NCBI RefSeq assembly: GCF_026571515.1
Contig: NW_026864322.1
Location: 1-64,000 of the forward strand
DNA: 64,000 nt
Direction: 5' to 3'
Origin: Ruditapes philippinarum
Taxonomy: Eukaryota
Numbering within the stretch: position 1 is the stretch's first letter; the number at the start of each line of letters is the position of its first letter. The notes beneath the pieces are model-generated. The model searched no databases and was not told the DNA's origin. It worked only from the letters and a program-made list of their open reading frames with translations. This document shows, in pieces, positions 12,964-25,660 of the stretch. Made by a program: the position numbers and the translations under genes.

Positions 12964-15900
12964 ATGGCGGTATTTCTATTGCTCGCGTTCCTAAGTGGAG
13001 TTTGTAAGTCTTTTGAATAATCATGATAATAATAATAAATGATTTTTAAAAGAAGAACACACAACACACTGTAGTACATAATTGAATAAATTGAATGTTT
13101 TGTAATATGTGCTCGTATAAGAACCTTTTACTTCACACTTTGAAATGTATATCGGTGTTTTAAAGCACTAGTAAGACGGACAAGAGGATGATACTGCAAA
13201 AAAGCCCCTAGACTCGTTTGAACAAATTAATATTTAAAAAGTAACCCTTAGATGATTAGAGGGCATTCTTTTAAATTTTGTCATGACCTAATACCTTAAT
13301 AAGAAACAACAGAATTAACTTTTTCAAAACGACACATAATTGGATCATCGCCCTGTATTTATACATGCATTATATAAATACTTATATCATTTGACATCAT
13401 TTAATGCTATGCAAATAAGCTGTGTGTAAAAACGAAATTTCTTGCATTGCAAGTAATAATACATTATTCAATTAACCAGATCATGATTTTCTGAAAAAAA
13501 ATATAATGCTATTTCAGGGAGTTGCCAAAATGGTTGGTTACAACACGACTCGAATTGCTATCACTTTAGCCATGACCTGGAAGACTGGACCGGTGCCGCT
13601 GTAACAACATTCTACTCGTTTATTTAAGCATTTGATTTATATTGCACCTTCACAATGATGACAGTGTCGTTATTTGTATGCAGTGTGTTTCGAAATGGCC
13701 GTGTGTAGTTTTGATCCTACCCTTTTTTGTTATGGTTAAGCACATAAGTACCTTTGCAACTATTAGAGCAATCTTCAACATGCGTTCTAAAGCGTGTTAC
13801 TTTGTTCACTTATATGCTTGTGGTCGCTTATTTATATTCTATCCTCTTTGAAATATTTCTAATGCATTTGCATCTTTCTGTTTTAAACTGAAAGTGTTCT
13901 TTAAATCTGTTTGTGTATATACCTGACTCTTTATATTCCAAAATAATTTTATCAGCTAGTGAAATGTTTTCTGTGTAAGCGGTAAAACGCTGCGTATTTT
14001 GTCTCTAAGTAATATACTGTGTAGTCAATTTCAATTATTTTGTCCAGGGCATATTTTTTTGCGTTTGTATATATTCACTTTATTTCAAGTGTGTAATTGA
14101 CTTAATAATTATTTTCTCAAAGCTTTGAATATTTAACATAATGTACGAGCCATTTGCAACGTAATTAAATGACGTATGCCAGTTAATAACCATGTGACTG
14201 ACGTACATGATAAATATTTACATTAAATCTCTATCTTAACTCTGATACTGTTTTCTTTCTCCTAATGCAGTTTTTAGAGGTCAAAATGCGGCAAGCACGG
14301 GTACTCAATTCGTGGTTTTAGATCGACGGCATTTTATAGATTTCTGGGCAATATTGGCATCTTGGCATAAGTCACGGAGTCATGCATTATATTTTAATGA
14401 ATATCTTGATTAATGGATTTGCTATGAATAAAATGTGCACCAGGTGATTACAAAAGCTGTTGAATAGTACTTGAAAAACTAAAGGGGTTCGAGTTTTAAG
14501 AGAATGTTGGTGTGATGGGAGAGGGGCAGCGAGATATTATAAGCACGCATGATGAGGAATAACATATTTGTCATTTTTAAACCGTAAATTACGCTTCATT
14601 TGATCAATGAACAAAAATACATTGTTTTCTGTCGTCTGTTACTAATTACTTTGTTTACCTCAATACTCAATATAAACATTCCTAATATCAAGATGGTGCG
14701 ACCTCATGAATTTATATTTGTTTAAGCACTTCAAAGGTTTGTAACATGTAAAAGAGTAACACTGTATCAATGTCATCAAGCTTAGTGACGTGATGGTGAA
14801 CATATAGCATCTGTCTAGAAATGTTGTTTTGAAGAAAAAAAACGCGTGTAATTTATGACTTTAAATGGATTCATAGTCAACATCTGCTTAAAGGGTATTT
14901 CTTTAAAACCAACGTTGTTGTTTTTTCAAGAAAAGTTCTATTCTTTTATTTCTAAAATCCAACTAATGATACTGGTTTATAAAAATGCATTTTCTTCCGT
15001 AGCACTTATTCTATATATTTACAGTACATGTGCAAAACAATGGGTGGTAAACTTGTCGAAATTGAAACAGCAGCAGAGAATTCTTTCTTGAAAGGAGTCG
15101 TCGACAATCGTAAACGTATGTAATAAAATATTTATACGTCCATTAAATGATATAGCCTTTCTTGTTAATAATATGTGTAAGGTGTGAGCAATTTGTGTTT
15201 GTTTATTGTTTATTTATGCCTTTTTATAATATATGAAATAGAGAAATACAAAATCTCTTAAGAACACCCAAAACAACAAAATTGAACATGTTGCTGGCTC
15301 GGTTTGATTGAGTCTGTTCATGGACAGTAGTTATAATTACATGCTGCCATTCACGATCTCTTGCAGCGGCTTAAGCATTATTCAACATTCTAACACGTAA
15401 TGGTAAAACTTGTAAGAAGTATAACGGAAAAAAGCTAGAAAAAAAAATCACCCACAGTGTTGCTTTACCCTATAAAATGGGCACATGCTCCAGGTATTTA
15501 ATATAAATAATGATATTTTATTCTAGAACAATTAATTTTATACTTCATAAATATATGTAATATCAGATCATGTATTTTACACTGACAAACATACATCAAA
15601 ATTGTTTCCACGGTATGTTACCGCGTATGATAATAAATTCTACTCAAATAGTTATTCATACAGACATTCCGACCTATGGACTAATGCACTCAGATACAAT
15701 GAAAATGCACCTTGAAGAATACCGTATTTTTATCATGTTTTTTCTTTTTTGCTATTGTTTTCCATGTGATAGCTTTTGTTGTTGTTACATTTATTTCATT
15801 TTACTAAATAAAAAGCAATGCTGCGTAATAACAATTGGACAAGAAAAAACAACAACAAATACCACCACCCCACCCCTCGGCAAAAAACGTCAACATGAAC

Positions 15901-16777
15901 AAAATAAGAAAATAGCATTGATAAATATGATAATAATTCAATTTCATAATCAATAATGTAATCACAATTAATATAGAAAAGTTATTTAAGATAATTAAAT
16001 GAATGCTATTAACTCTGCAACGTTGCATGGCAAATTTTATGCTTTATTTTGTTTAATTTTTACATATCTGGTTATAAATAATGCCTTACTCTAACATTTT
16101 AGACTCCTATTGGATTGGTCTAAGTGACGTCCAAGAAGAAGGTATTTGGATGTGGATGGACAGCAAGGCAAAGCTAAGTGATACTGGTTTTAGTAGTTGG
16201 GTATCCGGAAACCCAAACAATGATGGTGGAAATGAAAACTGTGCGACCATAAACCAAAATACGGGAGGGAGATGGAACGATTGGCAGTGTAGGCAAAGCA
16301 TTTTCTATATATGCGAAAGTGATATGTAAGTACTATACAATAACAAGTTTCATGTTTAGTTGTTCTAGCGAGTCTCCTAGCTAGAGTGTTCGTTTGCTTA
16401 ACCTAAAACGTCTCAAACTAATAAGGGACTTGGTAAAAGTATTTAATCGTTAGCCAAAAATAAAAGCAACTCACCATATTACTCGTTTCTAGAAGTCAAT
16501 GCAAATAATGACTAGACATAAATATATTACGTGACATAATGAATTGTTATTAAGCCCGTTTATATATACAAAATATTCATTTGTTTTCCAAATTTTACCG
16601 TACTGTCATAGAGCATGGAAAACATCGAAACCAAATGCGATAATGTCTTTAATGTATTAGTAAATTGAATTGTATTAAAATTTTTGACATAGCTTTACTG
16701 TAAGATAAGATCACCACCCCTATTCTTTCAAAAACATTATATTGATTTTTTTCAGAGAAACACAGGTCGTGGGATGA
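12964..16777 (+). CDS. Secreted single-CRD C-type lectin (perlucin-like), lectin 2
   Basis: Exons 12964-13003 (MAVFLLLAFLSGV), 13518-13600 (WSCQNGWLQHDSNCYHFSHDLEDWTGAA), 15025-15115, 16103-16325 (YWIGLSD...NPNN...ENC...WND) and 16756-16777 (ETQVVG*). Exon lengths 40/83/91/223 are identical to lectin 1. AATAAA at 16841. Confidence 0.92.
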
Positions 16778-17544
16778 CTGTCAATATAAACAGGATGAAA
16801 TATATTTTAAGAAAAAAAATTGTGTTTTTTTTTCTCTCTAAATAAAGTGCTCTTTTTGATATGTAATCGTTGCATTTTAATTTTTTTATGCATTTTTTGT
16901 ATGTTTTTAGTGGCGCCTACTACAGACATTAAAGCAATTAATTGATGCTTATTTTAAATACATCTTCCCTGGTAAATATGCATTTATGATTTCCCATTAT
17001 TTAATTATTTTGATGATTTCATTACTTACTTGCAATTGAAAAAACAATTCTTTGTGCAAAATCAAAACTCAGTGGAGTAAGTCTTCAGTCTATCTTTTAT
17101 ATGTTTCCTTTTAAAATTAATGATAGAAAATTAAAAAACTGATTTTAAACGAATCCAACCTTGTTAATTTTAAACTTAGATTATTCTCTCTCAAGTTCGT
17201 ATTAATAGATTCGATTGGTCCCTTTTAACATTCTTGTCACTGAACTGGATCTCTAAGCAACTTACAACATAATATATAAAACACCCTTAAATTGCCGTTT
17301 ATCATGCGTATACGTAGCAACTTGATGGTTTATTGGCTATATCTATTGGCCATAGTAACTATTTTATTTGTTCTGTGACACACAAATTTGAAAGCTTTTA
17401 TCCCTACCGTCTGAGATAACTTTTAAGATGATTTTTTTATACGAAGGCAGCATATTGAGTCACAACAACGTCAAATTTGACATCATAAAATGTTATAAAA
17501 TGTTATGTTTATGAAATATATGAAATATATAAAATAATAATTCA

Positions 17545-17700
17545 GAAAGTTGACCAAATGTCCGGTTTCAACACGACTAGATACTTATTGCAACTTTAGC
17601 CATGATCTCATGAGTGGACCGATTCCGCGCTGTAACACCATTTTTACTTGATTTTATAAGAGTTTAGTTTATATGCCACTGCCACAATATTGATGGTGTC
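17545..17700 (+). pseudogene. Degenerate copy of lectin 2 exon 2 and the start of its intron
   Basis: CAACACGACTAG...CAACTTTAGCCATGATCT...TGGACC...GCTGTAACACCATTTTTACT matches 13541-13670, with stop codons and indels. Confidence 0.75.
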
Positions 17701-19473
17701 GCTCTTTAGATATTATACGTTTTGTTATATCCATGTATTCTTGGTCTTTCTCGTTGTTTGAGTCTATGATTTGTACTCATGTCTACTTTATAGCCGGTTT
17801 AACAGTTTTATTCTGTATATATGTAGGCGGTGACAAACTGCTTGATTTGACACTCAGTAATGTACGTGTGTTGTCCCCTTTTTGTGTTGTCGTGCTGTCC
17901 CATTTTTGTGTGTGTTGTCGTGTTGTCCCCTTTACGTTTGGTCGCCTTTTTGTGATGTCGTTTTGTTCCATTTTTGTGTTGTTCCCTTTTGTTTTGTCTT
18001 TGTGTGATTAGTTGCATTTATTTGCCAGTCTATCGTTTATTGAAATTATATTCAGATATGGATATCTCAATTCCTAGATTTAGTGGATGTAATGGTAGTA
18101 TTTAATGAATAATAATGAGTATAATATACTACATATACTTCGGTTCACACATAATATATGAAAATAATAATTACTAACAAGTATAATTAATCTGTCATCC
18201 ATATTTTGTTTTTGTTTGTTTGTTTTATACCTCAGTCGTATATATTCAGTTTATTCCAATCTCGTTTTTAAGGCACACCATTCCTCAGAAGCACAGGTTG
18301 TCAAGCATTTAAATGATATATAAATAACATATACTAAGATTTTGAGCAGCAGTAAAAATATAATCCCTAAAACATTTGTTGCTGTTACTCATTAATCTAC
18401 GTGTTATTTATTTCATTTCCGACACTGTCTCTATAGTTTTTTTTTAATTTTTCGAATTTTGACTGCGAAATGTTTAGTCACATGGTATACTTATATCAAG
18501 AGTAAGAATAACTCACATTGGCCTGTGGGAACTTAACATTACAAAATTAGTGAGGGGTAGTATTCACTAAAAAGTCTTGCAAAATGAACTGATAACTTCT
18601 GTACATTCCAGAGCAGAGGTGCGTACAGTGCGAAATTTCATGATCAATCACAACAAAAAGAGAAATCAACTCACAAAGGCTTACTATAAGATACCTTTCT
18701 ATAACTTTAATTTTGATAGTTGAAAAAAAGTGTATCGATGGTTTCGTTTTTGGTATCTCATAGTAAGCCTTTGAGTGTTGAATTATTTTCTTCAGGTTTG
18801 TAGCAGGGTTCCGGCGGCAGGGTGGGATTGGGTGTCCAAACACTTGTACTGCCACACTGCAATCTAAATGTACGAACATAAACATACATGTATGTAATTT
18901 TAGCGCTCTACGTTCATCAGAAGGGAAATAACTCTTACACGTCCAGTTGTTCATTAAAACTTATTACTTCCCCTACATATTATACATATTCAACATTAAT
19001 ACCTCTTTGATTATCAATTTTAAACAACTTTTCATTTAAATGACATTTCACCTTTCAGTTCAACACTATTGTAGTTTTACTTTCGTTTTATTATATATAA
19101 TATCATGTATAAAGAAAAAACACAAAACACGTGTCCTTGAAATTCAACAAAACATACATAAAAAATACAATAAAACATAAATGTATTACCTGTATTTAGT
19201 ATAAATTAATTACAAATATAATCATATAATTTGTATTAAACATGTAATATAAAAAGTGCATAAAAATATAAAAGTTTCATTATTGGGTACACACAGTGCA
19301 TCATATACATTGTATTTAAAAAACAAAACAATTGTAAGTAAAAATTAAATAACCACCAACTGTTTTGGAGCTTTTGTACGGTTAAGATAACGATATTATA
19401 AGTTCACCATTATAAAAATATCATTATATATGTCATAGCATTTTCCATTTTCACATTCTCTTCAATATGATTT

Positions 19474-21012
19474 TCAAGGAGTTGAAAGTTTTGCTGTTTT
19501 CTTTCTAACTAATCGAGCGATTTGTTCATAACTTACGGCCGAATCAACCGTAGAATATGATTCTCCAGCACCGGCTCCACTCGAGGAGGAACCGGAAACA
19601 CCAGAACTCATAGGTACACTTTCTGCGTATCCACCGAATCCACTTGCATCTAATGCCGGAGGTCCAGCCGCCCTCGATGGATACATTGGTGAATCCAACA
19701 TGTCTAAACTTCCGGAACTACCTTTAGACATTATTCGTGGATAGGATGCTACTCTCCTTGGCGCAGAATCGCGCTCACTTTTGTAGGCCTTTCTGACACC
19801 ATCCATCGATGGAAAAGCAGCAAACTTTTTAGCAAGTCCCGAAGCACCTTCCAGAGGTTTATCGTTTCTTAAAAGTTGTTTTGATGTAGCGCCATGCTGT
19901 TGTAATTGTTCGTACACTGACTGAGCAATACTGGCTTCATCGACAACACCACCTGCTGCCGTTACCCTGTTGATTTCTTGTTCGACATCGTTTGAGAACT
20001 TTTGTAACGAGAGCTCTTCTTGTGCCCCTCCTATGATAGCTTGTATAAGACGCCTGGGATCTGACAACGGGATATATTGACCACCGGTGATGTATGCCAA
20101 AGCCATAAAGAAATCCTTATATGGATCTATAGATGGTTCGCATCCAACTGCGTAAATGATGATTTCACGCTTCGCTAAGTCTTGCGCTATTTTCATCGGA
20201 TCATGACCATTTGGTGACCCTTCTTTAAAAGTGCTATCTTTCCAAGGAGCAAGTCCGTGCGGTGGTGCGTCTGATATAAGAACGGTTATTCTGGCTGCCT
20301 CAGGTCTCCAAGATAACTTTGTTACGTCATACAGTCCTTCTGCAACGGCTTCAGGACCGTCACCGCCTCCTGATGCTTGAGCTTTATTAAGCCATTTTTT
20401 CATCAATTCGACATCCTTCGTGAAATCATTTGTCCTTGTAACAAACGTTGTTTCCTGTGGCGGATGGTCTCTGTATTCAATGAGAGCTATTCGTAGATCA
20501 ATATCAGAATTTACTGCAATTTCATCAACAAGACTTCTTATATTATTTCGTGCGCTGTGAATATACGAACCCATACTTCCGGTTGTGTCCATAATGAACG
20601 CTAAATCCAGAATATTACTTCCGGCAATTGTTGATATTGTTTTATTTATAGTGATTCCACCTGTCCCGTTTATGGATAATGTTATGTTTCCACTCTTTGT
20701 TCCATTTATTAATTCAGTGGTATTTTCGTAAGTAACAGTCGTTCCGTTAATTGGCATTGTGGAATTTTCGCCAAAAGCTGTCGTTCCGTTCTTTAACAAC
20801 GGACTTGTTTCACTCACAGTTGGTAACTCCCCACCCATCGATAAAATTGAACTATCACCTTTTACTGTTTCTGTGGTAGTTTTCATTGTCGGCGTCGTCG
20901 TGAATTTTACGATTCCAGTTGTTCTTTTGATAACCCTTGCATCTCTAACTTCAAACAGAGATAAACAAAACAACGCTAATATCTCTACAACAATATTCAT
21001 CCAAACAGCCAT
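19474..21012 (-). CDS. Intronless secreted VWA-domain protein (VwkA/VWA7-type VWA), 512 aa
   Basis: Single ORF: hydrophobic N-terminus, Thr/Asn-rich stalk, then LDLAFIMDTTGSM...IALIEYRDHPPQ...GGGDGPEAV...WRPEAARITVLISDAPPHG...GGQYIPL, then a Ser/Gly-rich linker and terminal helix. Confidence 0.93.
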   Translation of the reverse strand: MAVWMNIVVEILALFCLSLFEVRDARVIKRTTGIVKFTTTPTMKTTTETVKGDSSILSMGGELPTVSETSPLLKNGTTAFGENSTMPINGTTVTYENTTELINGTKSGNITLSINGTGGITINKTISTIAGSNILDLAFIMDTTGSMGSYIHSARNNIRSLVDEIAVNSDIDLRIALIEYRDHPPQETTFVTRTNDFTKDVELMKKWLNKAQASGGGDGPEAVAEGLYDVTKLSWRPEAARITVLISDAPPHGLAPWKDSTFKEGSPNGHDPMKIAQDLAKREIIIYAVGCEPSIDPYKDFFMALAYITGGQYIPLSDPRRLIQAIIGGAQEELSLQKFSNDVEQEINRVTAAGGVVDEASIAQSVYEQLQQHGATSKQLLRNDKPLEGASGLAKKFAAFPSMDGVRKAYKSERDSAPRRVASYPRIMSKGSSGSLDMLDSPMYPSRAAGPPALDASGFGGYAESVPMSSGVSGSSSSGAGAGESYSTVDSAVSYEQIARLVRKKTAKLSTP

Positions 21013-21054
21013 GATCTCTGTCTTGTAATTTTATGATTTCTTCCAAACGCTGGC

Positions 21055-21131
21055 TTGTATTTAAAAGAAAACAGAATATGACGTCACATGAAATTCTGCG
21101 AATGAATTTCTAGCACTACTTTTCCGGATGT
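21055..21131 (-). promoter_or_regulatory. Putative proximal promoter of VWA gene 1 (TATA-like, CRE, ETS)
   Basis: TGACGTCA at 21079-21086 and CCGGATGT at 21124-21131. The same motifs occur in the same order upstream of VWA gene 2. Confidence 0.5.
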
Positions 21132-23133
21132 AAGGTAACGAGAATATAATTTGTTTACATCCGTAACGTGTACGAGCTTGATACTAATTGGTACAGGTTA
21201 CTCAGAAAATAGGTTAGGCGGAGCGAAGATAATGTTGAGGTTTATCACCTCGTGAAACTTTTTTTATTATCTACTTTATATCATTTTCTGTGAAGTAACA
21301 AAATTGTTTTCAGCTGTTCTATTTTAATGCGTACATTTTGTAAAAAGAAAACTGAAAAGCGCAATAAAGAAAGAACGAAAATTAATGAAAAAAAATCAGG
21401 CAGGTAGTAAAACATAAATTTATTACGTTTTTTATGTTTGTGTATAAGTTTAACTGTATGAAAAGTCTAATGAGTTAATTGTTACGCTATTCTAAGTTTG
21501 TGGCAGTTGTATGAATGTGGTGTTAATTTGTTTTGAAGGTGATTGTTGCATTTTTACATTTTTGTCAGTTAAAAAGCTATTCTTACAATGATAAAAAAAT
21601 TCACCGTCCTCGTTTCGTCATATAAATAATCGCATTCATCGAGGATTTTTAATAGTTATTATCGTTAAATATTTTATTCTTTATATTCAGTTATGATATT
21701 CCTTGCTGAAGAATGATATAAGTTGAAAAAGAAGACTAAACATGTATCATTATCGAAGGAAAAAGTAACATTAGATGAAACGGAAAACTTGATATTTTTA
21801 TCATTTCAAGAAAATGTGAATAAGGCAGTATCTTGAAATACAATACCAAATACTCAATCATTTAAACTGAACTATAGATGGAGAATAATTGGCCTTTAAG
21901 ATTTTCGTTTGATGATACTCATGCATGAAGATCTTTATATTTTCATCAATTTAATTAGTATACCAAGATAAGTTTATCTTGTCAAAAATTAGTAAAATAT
22001 GTACTTATGATTCCAGTGTGACTGTGAAAATGAGAACTATTTATGTTTATAATATACTTATACATAAAATATTGAGAAATACAGGCGTATATTTACACTA
22101 TAAAAACTATAAAAAAATTTCACTGCAGTGTAACATATGCTCCGTATTTTCACTGGTGTCTTGTCGGTCTATTTTCTTTTAGTTCAGCCAATATGCAATA
22201 TCATACAAGAATTCTTAATAATTGAAAGGTAAATAAAAAGTATATTATCAACAGAAAATTCAATATATTTTTCTATAAATACAGGATTTATAGAAAATCT
22301 CGCATATCATCTATATTATGTAAAATCACGATGCACACATCTTAACTAAACGTTTGCTTTGTTCTGTTCAGATTATACTTATGTATATATAAAAACAACA
22401 CAACTATTAAAGTCAACAATGTTTAAAGAGAACAAGGGGTTTATAAACATCAGAAATTTCAACAATAATTTCAAGGGAAAGCTTACAAGAATCTTAAAGT
22501 ACAATTTGACCAATCCATGAACTGATGATAGAAATCCATTTAAAAGTAGCAGGGGTCAGTATCTCGAAGCTACCATTGGCATAACGACTGTCGTAGGCCT
22601 CTCGTTAAGGTTTTCACTGGTATCAATAAACGAATAATCGTTAAAATGCCCAATTATTAACGGATGCGTAGAAGGTGTCGTATAGCTCTCGTTAATATCA
22701 CTTTGGCACAAAAGATAGAATACTTCGAATTTAAAATACACAAAAAATGAGAATTATATCAACTTATTGATAAAAATGATGAACCTACCTAGATATGATA
22801 TTGTATTTCTTCTTCTCACATATCAAACATATGTAAGAGCTCTTTTAGTTGACATAAAAATGTATATTTAAATGCAGATGCATAACTGAAGCATCGAAAG
22901 GAATAAACTCTGTAATGTGTAATTTTGCACAAGACAATATAAATAAATATTTGCATGTACATAATGTTAAAAATGTAACAAAATTCGGTATTTTTTACAG
23001 AATTATATTTCGAAAAGTTATCTGTGATGTAATTTAATGACTAGAAGAAAAATGCATTACGTTACACTGCAATAATCAGTAATCAGTTCTATTTTTACTT
23101 GCTATATTTTAATTTTTAATACATAATCCTTTC

Positions 23134-23190
23134 TTGGTTGTTTGTAAATATAACCCGAGCCGTCAAGCGAGGTTTATATTGCAAACAACC
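23134..23190. repeat. Short hairpin of the CGAGCCG...GCGAG loop family (Crypton-like relic)
   Basis: GGTTGTTTGTAAATATAACC-CGAGCCGTCAAGCGA-GGTTTATATTGCAAACAACC; the loop resembles those at about 58515 and 63625. Confidence 0.55.
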
Positions 23191-25459
23191 GTTTATATAC
23201 GGCCATATAACCTGTCAGGAATATTTATAACGAATTTATAAAGCTTCGAACTTTCTTTTTAAATAGTAAAAGTAAGATTTCCAGCTCGTGAAAATATATG
23301 GAAATTTATCATGTTTCGTGAAAAGATTCTATTCACTTAAACGACAAACATCTTAATATTTCTTTAAAACTAAACCCATCATCATTATCATAGTAATAAT
23401 CATTGTCACTGGTATATCACGATCAGTTTTTTTTAACTTACATAAGAAAAAAAAACATTTCGGTGAGACCATTTGCATATACGAGTACATAATCCATTTA
23501 TTAAGCGTTTACATTGTATACTCGTAAATTGTCCTTATATGTGTTTAAATAAACAGATTACTAGTATTCAAAATAGATACAATGACGACTGAATGTTCGC
23601 TATTTACACATTCATTTAGATATTTGCAATTTCAATATTTCATCTATGAAAGCAACAGTTTCGCGTTTGAATCTTGAGAAAATACCTACACCCTGAAACA
23701 ACACGTTGCTGTAGCCTGAAAAAATGAGGGAGGGTATTGAGAAGAAGCTCGGCCAGAATATTTACTTTGACTTAGTAAAGTGTTTAAAATATCTGATTTC
23801 AACTTGCAAACCTTTGCTGCACAATCGTCTGTCTCTGCTGTTCTATATACAGCCGTTTTCCCTCAGTTACTAGTCTTGCAGTTTCTATTTTAAGTTTTTA
23901 CCTTTCAATAATTATCACGTCAGTTTCATAGGAACTTTCTGCATTTGCAATTCTTCTTGGTTTACGTTTTGTTACGACCATTTCTTCCTGCTTTAAACAC
24001 ATTGTTCGCGGTATTCAAACGATTACATAATTCAACGAGTTAGGAACGAACGATTGCATAAATATCGCTTTCGAGACCCCCGGTTTTGTCTTCGTTCACA
24101 ACTTCCCGTAATCGTCCCCACTTCGTAAACGCAAATATAAATAGTTCGAGATACCCCCCAGAAAAAGGGGTGTTTTAAATTTGGGTATGGTTTGAAAAAC
24201 GGGGGGGGGGGGGGGGGGGGGTGATCTGTTTTAATTAACTTTGTATATTTGAAAAATGAAGAGCAATTTTACTCAAAATAAATATGCATTGATATATATA
24301 TTTACCTTTATGGGTATTTCATTTTAGACATAAATGATATGGAAAATGTTATATTTATTGAATACATTTGAATATATTTATCATTATCATAATTTTAATG
24401 TTAGATTCAAGCTTCATGTATTTATTGAAAGGTCTTCACAGTGAATTTTAATGTCAGATTTGTCAATTTATTCCGCGACTTAAAAAAAATGATTTCAAGA
24501 TTCGGTAGTCAATTCAGCATAAACATACAGTATGTTCATTGCTATACATATGATATAATGTGCCTGCAATATGACAAGAAAACAAACAAACAAAAACGGA
24601 CACAAATTTTGAACTCTATTTGGAAAATTGAGAATTGCGGGAAAAATAACTATTTCATACCCCAGATGAAAAAACAAAGAAAATTTAATTATTATTGAGA
24701 AATTTTTAAAGAATGTATATGTATTAAAATAGTCAAATCTTAAAATTCGTATCTCGTTAAATGTTCTAAGTTAAATTTTTTGCCAGTTTATACTGTAAAT
24801 TTAGTATTTTTTGGTTAGATTTTTAAATTTAGTTCAAAATTTTTCGGGACTATAGGCCACGAATACTAACAATTAGGTATAGGTAACGAAATATTATTTT
24901 TCTATAAAAAGGATATACTAGTAGATTCCAACTACAAGATGTAACAATATTTACATGACTTAAAGAAAAGACAGTAGACATGAAGATAATTCGATTTCTA
25001 AACTGTATTTTGAAACGAAAATTCTTTGGACGACATTTTGAAATATCGAAATATCTTCGACCGATTAGTCGAAATTTGAAGAATTAATAAAAAAGTAAAT
25101 TATTAACGAAATCTCTAATTAAGAAAACCCTTATATATATGAATTATTTTCAACATAGAAATGATGAGCTCAATTGTTACTCTCATAATATTATGAAAAC
25201 CTTAGGTATATGTTACATGCAAGATACTGTATCAATACTAGCATTGTTTCAATTAAAAAACTTGTAAAAAAAGTAAAAAAAAAAAAAAAGGATTCACATT
25301 AATAAAATATGAACATCTGTGTCAATTATAGGATAAGTTTCTTTTAAAAAGTAAATCCTAAGATGACAAAGAATCCTACAAGAGATTCAAAACATGAATT
25401 TCTTTATTTGTAAAGGTGAGCTTATTTCTATAACTTGTAATTTCCATAAACACTAAGTC

Positions 25460-25660
25460 ATGGCTGCCATCGTTTATCCCTGCGTGATCGTAAGAGGTAA
25501 CTAAGTGGGTTCGAATCCGGAGTCTCTTTTCTCCAGCAGATGAGGTGGTTTTGACCCCTGATATTGCTTCAAGTTTGTAACATCCGAAGTTAGCCAAAAT
25601 CATCTTGACGCCATATGACCTAAATTTTGTTGATGCGCCGAAAACCAAAACAAAAACAAA
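25460..25660 (+). mobile_element. SINE fragment with Meta-domain-like core
   Basis: CCCTGCGTGATCGTAAGAGGTAACTAA resembles the MetaSINE core. It ends in GCCATATGACCTAAA...GTTGATGCG and an (AAAAC)n tail. Confidence 0.55.

Noticed and set aside
18547-18954. 135-aa ORF downstream of VWA1
   Set aside because: No recognisable motif or paralogue; it cannot be supported as coding.
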